A DNA stretch of 61,851 nt, the filler included. It is 4 parts of 4 records of this genome, joined end to end, with 100 filler letters (N's around TTAATTAATTAA, not from the genome) between each part and the next. Parts side by side here need not be neighbours in the genome. Positions count along the whole stretch, not along the records: positions 31,835 to 54,769 come from SRR22947725_845; positions 54,870 to 61,851 come from SRR22947725_848; 2 more parts are not named here. One strand, written 5' to 3'. The position numbers and the translations under genes are program-made. The notes beneath the pieces are model-generated. The model ran no database searches. It had not been told where the DNA came from and worked only from the letters and a program-made list of their open reading frames with translations. Below, piece by piece: positions 51,406-61,575 of the stretch. The first letter of the stretch is position 1. Each line of letters opens with the position of its first letter.

Positions 51406-52718
51406 ATTTAATAACCTCTCCAAATAGCAAGATCTTTGGAACAGTTCAATGTCCTGGAGATAAATCTATATCGCAAAGAGTTCTCATGATTGGAGCTCTG
51501 ATGAATCAAGAAATGACAGTTGATGGTTTCTTGCACGCTGAAGACCCACTCTCAACAATGAGCGCGCTAAATCAAATAGGAGCAGGTATTACAGTTGATA
51601 AAAATGGCTTAGTTCATTTATCTAAAAGACAGAAAATCTTTCAAAACGCTGAGGAGGCACTAAATCTGGGTAATTCTGGAACAGGCTTACGCCTCATGCT
51701 GGGTTTAACTTCTGGCATGGGTTTAAATCTTTCTTTTTGCGGCGATGAATCTCTATCATCTCGACCAATGAGCAGAGTTATCAAGCCATTAACTGAAATG
51801 GGCGCCAATATCGAGGCATCTAATGGAATGTTGCCTATTTCACTTTCACCAGCATTATTTCAAAAGCAATACACATACGAATTGCCAGTTGCAAGCGCCC
51901 AGGTTAAATCAAGTATCTTATTAGCTGGCCTTGCTGCAGGCGTAGGTGTCGAAATTATTGAACCTGTGCAGACCAGAGACCACACAGAAAGAATGTTAAA
52001 ACACTTTGGAGCAAATGTAGAAATCGCTTCTAAGAGCAGTAAAAATGTTATTCAGCTTTCACCTTCTAATCATTTGCAAGCAACAGACTATACAGTAGTA
52101 GGCGATATTTCATCAGCTGCTTTTTTGATTGTTGGGGCCTTAATTAGCAATTCACCTGGTCTGGAAATTACTAATGTTGGAATGAATCCTTCCAGAACAG
52201 GAGTATTGGAAGCATTAAAAAAAATGGGTGCAAATATTGAAGTTAAAAATCAAAGGTTGGAGTCAGGAGAGCCTTGCGCTGATTTAGCAGTCAAAAAATC
52301 TACATTAAAAGGAGTTGAACTTTCTGGAGATATCATTCCTAATATTATTGATGAAATACCCATCCTTTCTATTGCGGCTGCATTTGCTGAGGGGGAAACG
52401 GTAATTCGAGATGCAGCTGAATTAAGAGTCAAGGAATCAGATAGACTCAAGGCGGTTTCAGATGGTTTTAGCAGCCTTGGAGTTGTTCATAAAAATTTTG
52501 AAGATGGTATGTGTATTTCAGGAAGTTCAGATACACTCTCAATAGATCATTCAGCCTCCATTAAATCTCATGATGATCATAGAATTGCTATGAGTTTTTT
52601 AATTGCTGGTCTGAAGTGCTCTCAACCAATAATTGTTGAGGATTGTAAAAATATTTTTACATCATTTCCTAATTTTATTGAACTAACTTCTTCTGTAGGA
52701 TATAGGCTTGAAAAATAA
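51402..52718 (+). CDS. aroA: EPSP synthase (class II)
   Basis: PGDKSISQR, GNSGTGLRL, SAQVKS, RDHTERML, RVKESDR, DHRIAMS. Confidence 0.97.
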   Translation: MNLITSPNSKIFGTVQCPGDKSISQRVLMIGALMNQEMTVDGFLHAEDPLSTMSALNQIGAGITVDKNGLVHLSKRQKIFQNAEEALNLGNSGTGLRLMLGLTSGMGLNLSFCGDESLSSRPMSRVIKPLTEMGANIEASNGMLPISLSPALFQKQYTYELPVASAQVKSSILLAGLAAGVGVEIIEPVQTRDHTERMLKHFGANVEIASKSSKNVIQLSPSNHLQATDYTVVGDISSAAFLIVGALISNSPGLEITNVGMNPSRTGVLEALKKMGANIEVKNQRLESGEPCADLAVKKSTLKGVELSGDIIPNIIDEIPILSIAAAFAEGETVIRDAAELRVKESDRLKAVSDGFSSLGVVHKNFEDGMCISGSSDTLSIDHSASIKSHDDHRIAMSFLIAGLKCSQPIIVEDCKNIFTSFPNFIELTSSVGYRLEK

Positions 52719-53370
52719 TAATATTATTACCATTGATGGACCGTCAGCTTCTGGCAAAGGATCCCTAGCAAAAGCATTAGCCAAAGAGCTTAATTTTATT
52801 TTATTAGACAGCGGTCTACTTTACCGAGCATATTCATATTGTTTTGATCAAAGTCAAAACCATTCTGCTGCTACAGAACTATTTGCTAACTTAAAAATTG
52901 ATAGCTTTGATCACGAAATGCATGTTTTTGAGAAGAACAAAGATATTACTTCAATTCTTCGTCATGAAAATATAGCTAAATCAGCATCAAAATTAAGCAG
53001 TTTAAAAGAAACAAGAGCTAATTTAATTAGCTTTCAACGAGACTTAGCAAGTAATCATGGATTGGTTGCAGATGGTAGGGATATGGGCACAGTTGTCTTT
53101 CCTGATGCAGGGACAAAAATTTTTTTAGTTGCTGATGCAGAAGTAAGAGCAAAGAGAAGATTTTTAGAGTTGCAGAATGCCGGTCAAGGCGTTAATATGC
53201 GCGATCTAATTGACGATATTAGATTGCGAGATGAGGCTGATAAGGCAAGAGAAATATCTCCTTTGATACCAGCTGATGATTCTATAGAGGTGAATTCCTC
53301 CAATCTAAATCCTCAAGAAGTGTTAGAAATAGTTTTAAAAATTTATAAAGAAAATACTAAGGAAGTATAA
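52708..53370 (+). CDS. cmk: Cytidylate kinase
   Basis: [36 protein letters not shown]. Confidence 0.95.
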   Translation: MKNNNIITIDGPSASGKGSLAKALAKELNFILLDSGLLYRAYSYCFDQSQNHSAATELFANLKIDSFDHEMHVFEKNKDITSILRHENIAKSASKLSSLKETRANLISFQRDLASNHGLVADGRDMGTVVFPDAGTKIFLVADAEVRAKRRFLELQNAGQGVNMRDLIDDIRLRDEADKAREISPLIPADDSIEVNSSNLNPQEVLEIVLKIYKENTKEV

Positions 53371-53375
53371 AAAAT

Positions 53376-54683
53376 ATGTCAGAAAGTTTTGCTGCACTAT
53401 TAGACGAAAGTCTAAGCACACTTGAAATGCAACCCGGCTCCATTGTCACAGGAGTTGTTTTAGATGTTGATAAAGAATGGGTGACTGTCCATGTTGGATT
53501 GAAATCTGAAGGAGTTATTTCCTTGGATGAATTTAGAAATAATGATGGCTCTGTTGAAATTGAATCTGGTGATGAAGTACAAGTTGCTTTAGAGGCTGTT
53601 GAAGATGGATATGGAGAAACAAGAATTTCTCGTGAAAAAGCAAGAAAAATCGGTACTTGGAAAAAGCTTGAAGAAGCTTTAGAGACAGGAGAGTTTGTTG
53701 AAGGCAAGGTCCTGACAAGAGTTAAAGGCGGTTTTTCAGTAGAGGTAGATGTTGTTAAAGCATTTTTACCTGGTTCACTTGTAGATATCAGACCTGTTAA
53801 GGAAGCCCCAGAGCTTGAAAACACTGTTCAAGAATTTAAAGTCATAAAATTAGATTACAAAAGAAACAATGTTGTGCTTTCAAGAAAAGCTGTTTTAGAG
53901 AAAATCAATTCTGCTGAAAAAGTTGAGTTATTAAAAAATCTAGATGAAGGTCAAATAGTTAAAGGTGTTGTGAAAAACCTAACAGACTATGGGGCTTTTG
54001 TTGATCTAGGGGGCCTAGACGGTCTTTTGCATATTACAGATATTTCATGGTCAAGGGTTACTAATCCATCAGAGGTTTTAAGTCTTGGGCAGGAAATTGA
54101 TGTAAAAATCTTAAGTTTTGATAAAGAAAAACTACGTGTTTCATTAGGATTAAAGCAGATTCAAAATGATCCATGGGAAACAATTGAAGGAAAATATTCT
54201 GTTGGTGGTGTGTATGAAGCTACAGTTTCAAACTTAACAGACTATGGATGTTTTGCTGAGCTTGAGCAGGGAGTTGAGGGTTTAATACATTTATCAGAGC
54301 TAGATTGGACTAATAAGAACATTCACCCATCAAAAGTCGTTGATTTAGAAGAAAAAATTAAGGTTATGGTTTTAGAGATTGATCATGATAAGAGAAGAAT
54401 TTCTCTTGGCTTAAAGCAAACTAAAGCTAACCCCTGGACAGAGTTTGCTAATAAGTATGGATTGGGCGATTCTGTTGAAGGCAGCATAAAATCGGTTACT
54501 GATTTTGGAATTTTTGTTGGATTAGAGGGAGATATTGACGGCTTAATCCATCTTTCTGATATTACGGAAGATGAAAATCCTGCTGAAGCAATGGAAAATT
54601 ATAAAAAAGGTGACAAGCTCTCTTGCATCATTTTTGGAATTGACGCCGAAAGAGAAAGGATTTCACTCAAGCTCAGTGCTTAA
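53376..54683 (+). CDS. rpsA: 30S ribosomal protein S1 (five S1 domains)
   Basis: [35 protein letters not shown] and related repeats; stops after the fifth repeat. Confidence 0.97.
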   Translation: MSESFAALLDESLSTLEMQPGSIVTGVVLDVDKEWVTVHVGLKSEGVISLDEFRNNDGSVEIESGDEVQVALEAVEDGYGETRISREKARKIGTWKKLEEALETGEFVEGKVLTRVKGGFSVEVDVVKAFLPGSLVDIRPVKEAPELENTVQEFKVIKLDYKRNNVVLSRKAVLEKINSAEKVELLKNLDEGQIVKGVVKNLTDYGAFVDLGGLDGLLHITDISWSRVTNPSEVLSLGQEIDVKILSFDKEKLRVSLGLKQIQNDPWETIEGKYSVGGVYEATVSNLTDYGCFAELEQGVEGLIHLSELDWTNKNIHPSKVVDLEEKIKVMVLEIDHDKRRISLGLKQTKANPWTEFANKYGLGDSVEGSIKSVTDFGIFVGLEGDIDGLIHLSDITEDENPAEAMENYKKGDKLSCIIFGIDAERERISLKLSA

Positions 54684-54733
54684 TTTATCTCTAATACTTA
54701 AATTAAGAGAACTATTGATCATACAAACTAATT

Positions 54734-54769
54734 GCCCAGGTGGTGGAATTGGTAGACACAAGGGACTTA
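54734..54769 (+). tRNA. tRNA-Leu (anticodon TA[A/G], likely TAA), 5' half only
   Basis: GCCCAGG-TG-GTGGAATTGGTAGACAC-A-AGGGA-CTTA, closely resembling the 5' half of enterobacterial leuZ. Confidence 0.9.
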
Positions 54770-54869
54770 NNNNNNNNNNNNNNNNNNNNNNNNNNNNNNN
54801 NNNNNNNNNNNNNTTAATTAATTAANNNNNNNNNNNNNNNNNNNNNNNNNNNNNNNNNNNNNNNNNNNN
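54770..54869. other. Artificial contig spacer
   Basis: N44-TTAATTAATTAA-N44. Confidence 0.99.
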
Positions 54870-54870
54870 A

Positions 54871-55071
54871 AAGATAAATGTTTTAGGGGAAAATGCTCAC
54901 CCATTTTATAAGTGGGCTAAAAAAAACTTTGGAAATGGAGCTATTCCAAAATGGAACTTTCATAAGATTATAATTGGAAAAGACGGTAAAGTTGCGGACA
55001 CGTTTGCATCAATAACTAACCCTTCATCGAAAAAATTTATTAATTTTATAGAAGAACAAATTAAAAATTGA
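54871..55071 (+). CDS. Glutathione peroxidase, C-terminal fragment (not in the ORF track)
   Basis: Hand translation KINVLGENAHPFYKWAK...IPKWNFHKIIIGKDGKV...*, containing the GPx WNF motif. Confidence 0.9.
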   Translation, partial: KINVLGENAHPFYKWAKKNFGNGAIPKWNFHKIIIGKDGKVADTFASITNPSSKKFINFIEEQIKN

Positions 55072-55828
55072 AAGTCATACCATCGTGAGCTGGTATAATA
55101 TTTTTTGGTAATTTTTTTTTAAGTTTAAAATAATCTAAATCTACGTGTAAATTTGTTAATATAGATTTTTTAGGTTTAATTTTGCTTATTAATCTTAACG
55201 CATCATCATAATTAAAATGAGAAGGATGCTTATCTTTTCTAAGACAATCAATAATTAAAAAATTTAAATTTTTAAGTTTTTTTAAAGAATTATTTGAAAT
55301 TTTATTACAATCGCTAATGTAAGCTATTTTATCAAAAACAAATCCTGTTGCATTAATCATGCCATGATTAACGATAAATGAATCAAGATTTAAGTTAATT
55401 TTACCTTTTTTGATAACAAATTTATTCTTTATAGTGATATGTCTCATTATTGGTTTATATCCATGTCTTGGCGAAAAGCAAAAAGTGTATTTTTTTTTTA
55501 ATTCACTTATTGTTCTAGAACTGCCATAAACTGGCAGTTTTTTTTTATTTTTCCAAAAAAAAGGTCGCATTTCAAAAATACCGGATGTTTGATCTGCATG
55601 CTCATGTGTGTAGATGATTGCATCTAATGTATTGATTTTATTCCTCAAAAATTGATGTTTAATATCAGGTGACGTATCAATTAATACTGACAGATCACCT
55701 TTTTGTATGTGAGCACAACATCTTGTTCTAACATTTTTTTTACTTTTTTTTAAGTTACCATTAAAATTTGTAATCCAAGGAGCCCCTAAGGAACTACCAC
55801 ATCCTAAAATTGTAAAAGTATTTTTCAA
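55061..55828 (-). CDS. MBL-fold metallo-hydrolase (PhnP/YycJ-like)
   Basis: ILGCGSSLG.P, LIDTSPD, THEHADQ, AYISD, SHF, AHDGM; usual position after tatD. Confidence 0.9.
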   Translation of the reverse strand: MKNTFTILGCGSSLGAPWITNFNGNLKKSKKNVRTRCCAHIQKGDLSVLIDTSPDIKHQFLRNKINTLDAIIYTHEHADQTSGIFEMRPFFWKNKKKLPVYGSSRTISELKKKYTFCFSPRHGYKPIMRHITIKNKFVIKKGKINLNLDSFIVNHGMINATGFVFDKIAYISDCNKISNNSLKKLKNLNFLIIDCLRKDKHPSHFNYDDALRLISKIKPKKSILTNLHVDLDYFKLKKKLPKNIIPAHDGMTFNF

Positions 55829-56601
55829 TTTAATGAACCAAATAAATCAAAAAAGTTATTTGAGGTAATTTTAGAAAAGTCTTCAAATGGAATCTTTTTT
55901 AATTGAGATAAAAATTTAACTGTGTGAATAATATAACTAGGTTCATTTGTTTTCCCTCTTAAAGGCTCAGGTGCCAAATAAGGAGCATCCGTTTCTACCA
56001 AAATTCTATTATTAGGTATATCATTAAAAGTAGCGGCCAATTCTGATGATTTTTTAAATGTTATTACTCCACTCGCAGATATATATGCGTTTAAATCCAA
56101 AAGTTTAAAAGCAAATTTTCGTGAACCTGTAAAACAATGTATTAAAATTTTAAAATCTTTTTCTATTTTCCTTCTTTTTAAAATATCTAAAGTTTCTTTT
56201 TCAGCAGATCTTGTGTGAACAATTAAAGGAATATTTAAAGTTTGAGCTGAATCAATATGTTCTTCTAAACATTCCATTTGATCTTTTTTTTCAGAATGAT
56301 TGTAGTAAAAATCTAGACCAGTCTCCCCTATACCAATAATTTTTTTACTTAAATTAACTTTTTCTATTATATCTTTAGATTTAATATTTTTATGTTTTTT
56401 GGCTTCGTGTGGATGAATTCCATAAGTGCCATAAACACAATTAAAATCTTCTGTAATTTTTAATATTTTCTTAAGACTTTGATCTGTTGTAGAAATTGTG
56501 AGTAAATATTTTACTCCATCATTGTTAGCTCTAGCTATAGTGTCTTTAAGAGATGAAGACATAGGCTCATATTCTAGATGGCAGTGGGAATCAATTATCA
56601 T
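55825..56601 (-). CDS. tatD: TatD family nuclease
   Basis: DSHCHL, GIHPH, IGETGLD, HTR, HCFTG, ETDAPYLAP. Confidence 0.95.
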   Translation of the reverse strand: MIIDSHCHLEYEPMSSSLKDTIARANNDGVKYLLTISTTDQSLKKILKITEDFNCVYGTYGIHPHEAKKHKNIKSKDIIEKVNLSKKIIGIGETGLDFYYNHSEKKDQMECLEEHIDSAQTLNIPLIVHTRSAEKETLDILKRRKIEKDFKILIHCFTGSRKFAFKLLDLNAYISASGVITFKKSSELAATFNDIPNNRILVETDAPYLAPEPLRGKTNEPSYIIHTVKFLSQLKKIPFEDFSKITSNNFFDLFGSLN

Positions 56602-58132
56602 TTTCTATTTTACTAAATAAAATTTCTAAGTTGTTTAGTTCGATTTTATGATTAAGTATATTTTGATTTATAATGTTTGATATTTTTATATCTGTTTCAT
56701 TTATATTTACTGTTTTTAACACTTTAATAGCAGAATTAGGTATTATTGGATAAAGTAAAATACTGATATTTTTAATTTGTTGAGTAACTGTATTCAAAAT
56801 TGAATTCATCCTTTGTGGATCTTTTTTTTTTACAGCCCAAGGTTCTGAGTCATTAAAATATTTATTTGCTTCAAAAGAAAAGCTGACTACCATTTTTATA
56901 TATTCATTTAAATTTTGTTTGTTCATTAAATTTATTAAATTAGGTATATTTTTATGTAAATTATCTAATAATTTTTTATCTATTTCATTATTATTTTTAT
57001 TTTCGGGAATTCTATTGTTGCAATTTTTTTTTATGAAAGAAAAAACACGCTGACATAAATTTCCAAAATTATTTGCAAGATCATTGTTTATGCAGTTTCT
57101 CAAGTTGTCCATAGAAATACTGCCGTCGTTACCAAGAGACACTTCCTTGACTAAATAATAACGCAGTTGATCTACACCATATTTTTTAATTATTTCTATC
57201 GGATCTAAAATATTTCCAAGCGACTTGGACATTTTCTTTTCATCGGATAAAATCCACCCATGACCAAATATTCTTTTTGGAAGTGGTAACTTTGCAGCTA
57301 ATAAAAAAGCAGGCCAAAAAACAGCATGGAATCTTAATATATCTTTACCGATTATATGTACATCAGCGGGCCAAAATTTTTTATATTTTTCATCTTCAGT
57401 GTCAGGAAAATTTAAAGCACTAATATAGTTTGTTAAAGCATCCAACCAGACATATATTACGTGTTTATTATTTTTAGGAACTGAAATTCCCCAAGAAAAT
57501 GAAGTTCTACTAATTGATAAGTCCTTAAGGCCTTTTTCTACAAAACTTAAAACCTCATTTCTTCTTGATAAAGGTAAAATGAAATCTTTATTTTGTTTAT
57601 AATGATTTAATAATTTTTCAGACCAGGATGATAATTTAAAAAAAAAAGACTCTTCTTCAACCCACTCTACTCTTGATCCAGAAGATTTTGATATTTTTAT
57701 ACCATCTTTGTCTTCGGTTTCCTCTTCATCGTAAAAAGCTTCATCAGAAACTGAATACCACCCACTATATTTATCTAAATAAATATCACCTGATTTAACT
57801 AATCTATCCCATATACCAACAACCGAGTCATGATGTCTTTTTTCTGTAGTCCTAATAAAATCATTGTTAGATAAATTTAGTATTTTTGTTAGTGATTTAA
57901 ATTTATCAGAAAGTTCGTCACAAAATATTTTTGGATCTTTGTTATTTTTTTTGGCTTCTTTTTGAATTTTTTGACCGTGTTCATCAGTTCCAGTTAAAAA
58001 TAACACATCATAATTTTCTATTTTTTTAAAACGTGCGAAAATGTCTGCTACAATACTTGAGTAAGCGTGCCCCATATGTGGTTTACCTGAAGGGTAATAT
58101 ATAGGAGTTGTTATATAAAAATTTTTATTCAT
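56591..58132 (-). CDS. metG: Methionine--tRNA ligase (short monomeric type)
   Basis: YITTPIYYPSGKPHMGH, GTDEHGQK, YVWLDAL, GKDILRFH, KMSKS. Confidence 0.97.
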   Translation of the reverse strand: MNKNFYITTPIYYPSGKPHMGHAYSSIVADIFARFKKIENYDVLFLTGTDEHGQKIQKEAKKNNKDPKIFCDELSDKFKSLTKILNLSNNDFIRTTEKRHHDSVVGIWDRLVKSGDIYLDKYSGWYSVSDEAFYDEEETEDKDGIKISKSSGSRVEWVEEESFFFKLSSWSEKLLNHYKQNKDFILPLSRRNEVLSFVEKGLKDLSISRTSFSWGISVPKNNKHVIYVWLDALTNYISALNFPDTEDEKYKKFWPADVHIIGKDILRFHAVFWPAFLLAAKLPLPKRIFGHGWILSDEKKMSKSLGNILDPIEIIKKYGVDQLRYYLVKEVSLGNDGSISMDNLRNCINNDLANNFGNLCQRVFSFIKKNCNNRIPENKNNNEIDKKLLDNLHKNIPNLINLMNKQNLNEYIKMVVSFSFEANKYFNDSEPWAVKKKDPQRMNSILNTVTQQIKNISILLYPIIPNSAIKVLKTVNINETDIKISNIINQNILNHKIELNNLEILFSKIENDN

Positions 58133-59060
58133 TATTAATCTTATTATTTATATTATTTATTAATGCATTTGAATTTAGATTGTAGAGAAAAAATTTATTA
58201 ATATTATCAAAAACAAATCTTTTATATTCAATAATTTTATCATTTGTTAAGGTGTTTTTTTCTCTTAATTTGTTAAAGAAATTATCTGATAAAAAAAGAA
58301 TTACATCAATATATGTAGAGTCTTTATTTTTTTTATATAAATTTAATAAAATATTTAAATTCTTTGAATAGTCCTCATCTAAAGATATATTGTTCTCATC
58401 ACAAATATAGTTAAACTTAATGAAATTCCCGGGAGTTAAACTTGATGTTTTTGGATCTATTGTTAATTTAATTTTGTATTTTTCAATTAAAGAATTAATT
58501 ATTTCTTGTCTTAATTTTTCATTTAAAATTACTTTTATATCTACACTTCTTGACTTAATTGTCTCTGTTATAGGTTTTATTTTGTTATTTATTAAAATAA
58601 AGTAATTATTTTTTGTTGGTTCTTCAATAATTTTTAAAAGGGCATTCATACAGTTGTTATTAAATAATTCAACATCATCAAAAATTATAAAACGAGCTTT
58701 ATCAGAAATAGTAGTTTGAAAAATTTTTGATTTCAAATATCTTATATCCTCAATCTTTGTATTTCTAAAATCTGATCCAGATAAATAAATTATATTTAAG
58801 AAAATATTATTAATATATTGATAATAAAAATTTGAATTAGCATTTGGATCAAAATTATTTTCTTTGTAATTATTGTTATCAAAAATATAAAACATTAAAT
58901 GATTGATAAGAGTTGATTTACCTGAGCCTTTTGCACCAGACAACATCAAAACTTTTGGCAATTTACTTTTTATATATAAATTTTTTAAAAAAACAAAATT
59001 TTTAGATAAACCAAATAAATTTAAGGATCTCTTCGAGTCAAAGTATGTGGGATAAGTCAT
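58125..59060 (-). CDS. holB: DNA polymerase III delta' subunit (divergent)
   Basis: GAKGSGKST, NALLKIIEEP, TIKSR; tmk-holB-metG synteny. Confidence 0.85.
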   Translation of the reverse strand: MTYPTYFDSKRSLNLFGLSKNFVFLKNLYIKSKLPKVLMLSGAKGSGKSTLINHLMFYIFDNNNYKENNFDPNANSNFYYQYINNIFLNIIYLSGSDFRNTKIEDIRYLKSKIFQTTISDKARFIIFDDVELFNNNCMNALLKIIEEPTKNNYFILINNKIKPITETIKSRSVDIKVILNEKLRQEIINSLIEKYKIKLTIDPKTSSLTPGNFIKFNYICDENNISLDEDYSKNLNILLNLYKKNKDSTYIDVILFLSDNFFNKLREKNTLTNDKIIEYKRFVFDNINKFFLYNLNSNALINNINNKINNE

Positions 59061-59704
59061 TTTATTTTTAGATGTTCAGAAACAATGCTAAATATTTTTT
59101 TTTCTAAATTATTGTCGTTTATAGATGAATTTAAAACAAAATATTCTTTTTTATTTTTTGCAATTTTCAAAAAAGATTTTTGAGCTTTTGAATAGAAAGA
59201 TTGTGAAAAATTATCATATCTATTTTTATTCTTTCTTTTAATTAATCTTTTGCGAGAAGCAGTAGATGACACTTTTAAAATAAAAGTTATGTTGGGTTTT
59301 ATTCCATTTAATATAAATTTGTGGATATTATTAATAAAATTTACATTAATATTTTTTCCATGTACTTGATAGGCTAAAGTAGAGTCGGTAAAACGATCAC
59401 AAATAACGATTTTTTTTTTTTGTAAGGCAGGTTTTATTTTATTAATTATATGTTCATTTCTTGCTGCTAAATATAGAAGAGTGTCAGTATACTTATCAAA
59501 TTTTTCTTTATTATTTTTATTGAAATAATCTTTTAAAATTAAATTTCTTATTAATTCAGCACTTTTTGTTCCACCTGGTTCCCGAGTAAGAAGTGCTGGA
59601 ATGTTGTTTTTTTTTAAATTATTAAATAATTTTTTACTTTGAAAAGACTTTCCGCACCCTTCTACACCTTCGAATACTATAAAAAATGGTTTTTTTTTAT
59701 ACAT
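59057..59704 (-). CDS. tmk: Thymidylate kinase
   Basis: FEGVEGCGKS, TREPGG, LLYLAAR, CDRFTDSTLAYQ. Confidence 0.96.
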   Translation of the reverse strand: MYKKKPFFIVFEGVEGCGKSFQSKKLFNNLKKNNIPALLTREPGGTKSAELIRNLILKDYFNKNNKEKFDKYTDTLLYLAARNEHIINKIKPALQKKKIVICDRFTDSTLAYQVHGKNINVNFINNIHKFILNGIKPNITFILKVSSTASRKRLIKRKNKNRYDNFSQSFYSKAQKSFLKIAKNKKEYFVLNSSINDNNLEKKIFSIVSEHLKIK

Positions 59705-60845
59705 CTCCCCAAATCAAGTAATTTAATGAGGTCATTATACTTTTAAAAAAATTCACTTTTTTTAAATCTTCTGAAGCGAACAATGGTAATGTTTTTATAA
59801 TTGTATCTTTTTTTTTTATAATTAAATCTGCTAATTTCTCCCCTTTTTGAATAGGTGCTTTAGCAGGACCTGGGTAGCTTAATGAAACAGTTAAATGCCG
59901 TATATCTTTTTTGTTAATCGTTATATGATAATCCTCTTTAGAAATAGCATTTATCGTATTTTTTTTTCCAAGCCAAGTGTCAATTTCAAAACTTGGTATA
60001 TTTTTTTTTGTAATTTCAAAAGTATTTGTATTTCTAAAACCCCAGTTCAACAGTTTAAGTGACTCACTACTTCTTAATTTTTTAGTTTCAAAACCTGAGG
60101 CAACGGCTATTACTCTCCTATCATTTTTTTTCATTGAACTTGCTAGTGAATATTTTTCTACAGCTAGATAGCCAGTTTTTACACCATCAACTCCAACATT
60201 TTTATACAGCAGGGGATTTCGATTCCCTTGTTTTATTGGTTCGCCCCCTGTTCTATCCCAAGTAAAAGTTTTTTCTTTAAAAAGTTCATAAAAATTTGGA
60301 TAATTCTTAATTAAATATTTAGACATCAAAGCGATATCCCTAACTGTAGAAATATTATCAGGGTCATTTATACCAGAAGCATTAGTAAAATTTGAAGATG
60401 TCATTCCAATTTCTGCTGCTTTTTCATTCATCATTTCAGCAAAACTTTCTTCTGAACCAGCTATTCCCTCTGCTAGGGCCACACAAGCATCATTACCAGA
60501 TGCAATAATTATACCTTTTAATAAATCTTCAACAGATACCTGGTCATTAATCATTATAAACATCGATGAGTATCCCGCTTGAGAAAGCCTCCACGCATTT
60601 TCCGAAACAACAAATTTATCATCTAACGAAAGTTTATTTTTTTTAATCAAATCAGCTGCAACAATAGCAGTCATGATTTTAGTCATAGAAGCTGGGTAAA
60701 TTTCCTCATCTGCATCCATTTCAAAAAGTACTACATCTGAGTGATAATCTACAAGAATAGCCGTTCTTGATTTGATGTTGGGGTTTCCTAAAACAAAAGA
60801 TGTTGAACAGAAAAATAGAATTATAATAGTAAATAGTTTATTCAT
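59697..60845 (-). CDS. dacA: D-alanyl-D-alanine carboxypeptidase (PBP5/6 family)
   Basis: SxxK (ASMTK), SxN (SGN), KTG, PBP5 C-terminal domain. Confidence 0.95.
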   Translation of the reverse strand: MNKLFTIIILFFCSTSFVLGNPNIKSRTAILVDYHSDVVLFEMDADEEIYPASMTKIMTAIVAADLIKKNKLSLDDKFVVSENAWRLSQAGYSSMFIMINDQVSVEDLLKGIIIASGNDACVALAEGIAGSEESFAEMMNEKAAEIGMTSSNFTNASGINDPDNISTVRDIALMSKYLIKNYPNFYELFKEKTFTWDRTGGEPIKQGNRNPLLYKNVGVDGVKTGYLAVEKYSLASSMKKNDRRVIAVASGFETKKLRSSESLKLLNWGFRNTNTFEITKKNIPSFEIDTWLGKKNTINAISKEDYHITINKKDIRHLTVSLSYPGPAKAPIQKGEKLADLIIKKKDTIIKTLPLFASEDLKKVNFFKSIMTSLNYLIWGDV

Positions 60846-61575
60846 TGATAAAAATATCTAGTTCTTCGAATCCAAAAGATTTAAAGTTAATGTAATCATT
60901 TTTTAGTAAATTAATAGACTTATATGGGCCTGATAAAACCTCAAATTCTTTGCTAGTTTTTTTTTTTATTTGCAATTTTTGGATATCATAATTTGGCAGT
61001 TCTACAGCGATTCTTTTTTTTAAGAGATTTGCTGCTTCATTAGTGTAAAATGAAGCTATAAGTATATATATTTTTTCTGAATTAATTATTTCGTTTTTAG
61101 GTTTGATTTTTGAAATATTTGCTATTTTAACTGAAGTAACAGGTGCTTTTGATGATAAAATTTTTTCTTCTTGATAAATCTTTGCTTTTTCAGCAATAAA
61201 TGATTTATTTTTTTTTATTTCTAAAACTTCTATTAATGGTAAATTGTTAGATATATTAAGTTTAGTAGCAACTGGAACTGTAATTAAAATCTTGTAAAAA
61301 TCAGGGTACTGTATTTTCTTGCTATTTTTTAATACTATTGAGTCTTTAGTTCTTGGATTAATTAATTTAATCAGTGATCCAATTTTAAGATCCTTATGAG
61401 AAATTTGCATTAAATTGTTATTTAATTGTTTTTTAATTATTTTGTTTTCATAATCTTGTTCGCTATAAATATAAGCTAAACCTGTTGAATTATAGGATTT
61501 CCTATTATCAAATTTAGTGTAATGAGGAGAACAAGATGTTAAAAAAATTATAAAAATTATTATATTAAATTTCAT
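60838..61575 (-). CDS. RlpA-like lipoprotein with degenerate DPBB domain and C-terminal SPOR domain
   Basis: ATG 61575 gives MKFNIIIFIIFLTSC (lipobox); TGLAYIY, SHKDL..GS.I.LINP; SPOR-like tail; lies between mltB and dacA. Confidence 0.7.
   Translation of the reverse strand: MKFNIIIFIIFLTSCSPHYTKFDNRKSYNSTGLAYIYSEQDYENKIIKKQLNNNLMQISHKDLKIGSLIKLINPRTKDSIVLKNSKKIQYPDFYKILITVPVATKLNISNNLPLIEVLEIKKNKSFIAEKAKIYQEEKILSSKAPVTSVKIANISKIKPKNEIINSEKIYILIASFYTNEAANLLKKRIAVELPNYDIQKLQIKKKTSKEFEVLSGPYKSINLLKNDYINFKSFGFEELDIFINE

Noticed and set aside
56591-59060. HolB and MetG lacking Cys zinc ligands
   Set aside because: Common in alphaproteobacterial orthologues, so not distinctive.
59410-59421. 12-T homopolymer in tmk and other long A/T runs as phase-variation tracts
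   Set aside because: They encode in-frame Lys runs in essential genes of a very AT-rich genome; no frameshift is seen.
2598-60171. Many short antisense or alternate-frame ORFs of 60-155 aa (e.g. 2598-2843, 14487-14816, 26927-27238, 40319-40618, 53357-53824)
   Set aside because: They lie within well-supported genes, carry no recognisable motifs and are expected shadow ORFs.
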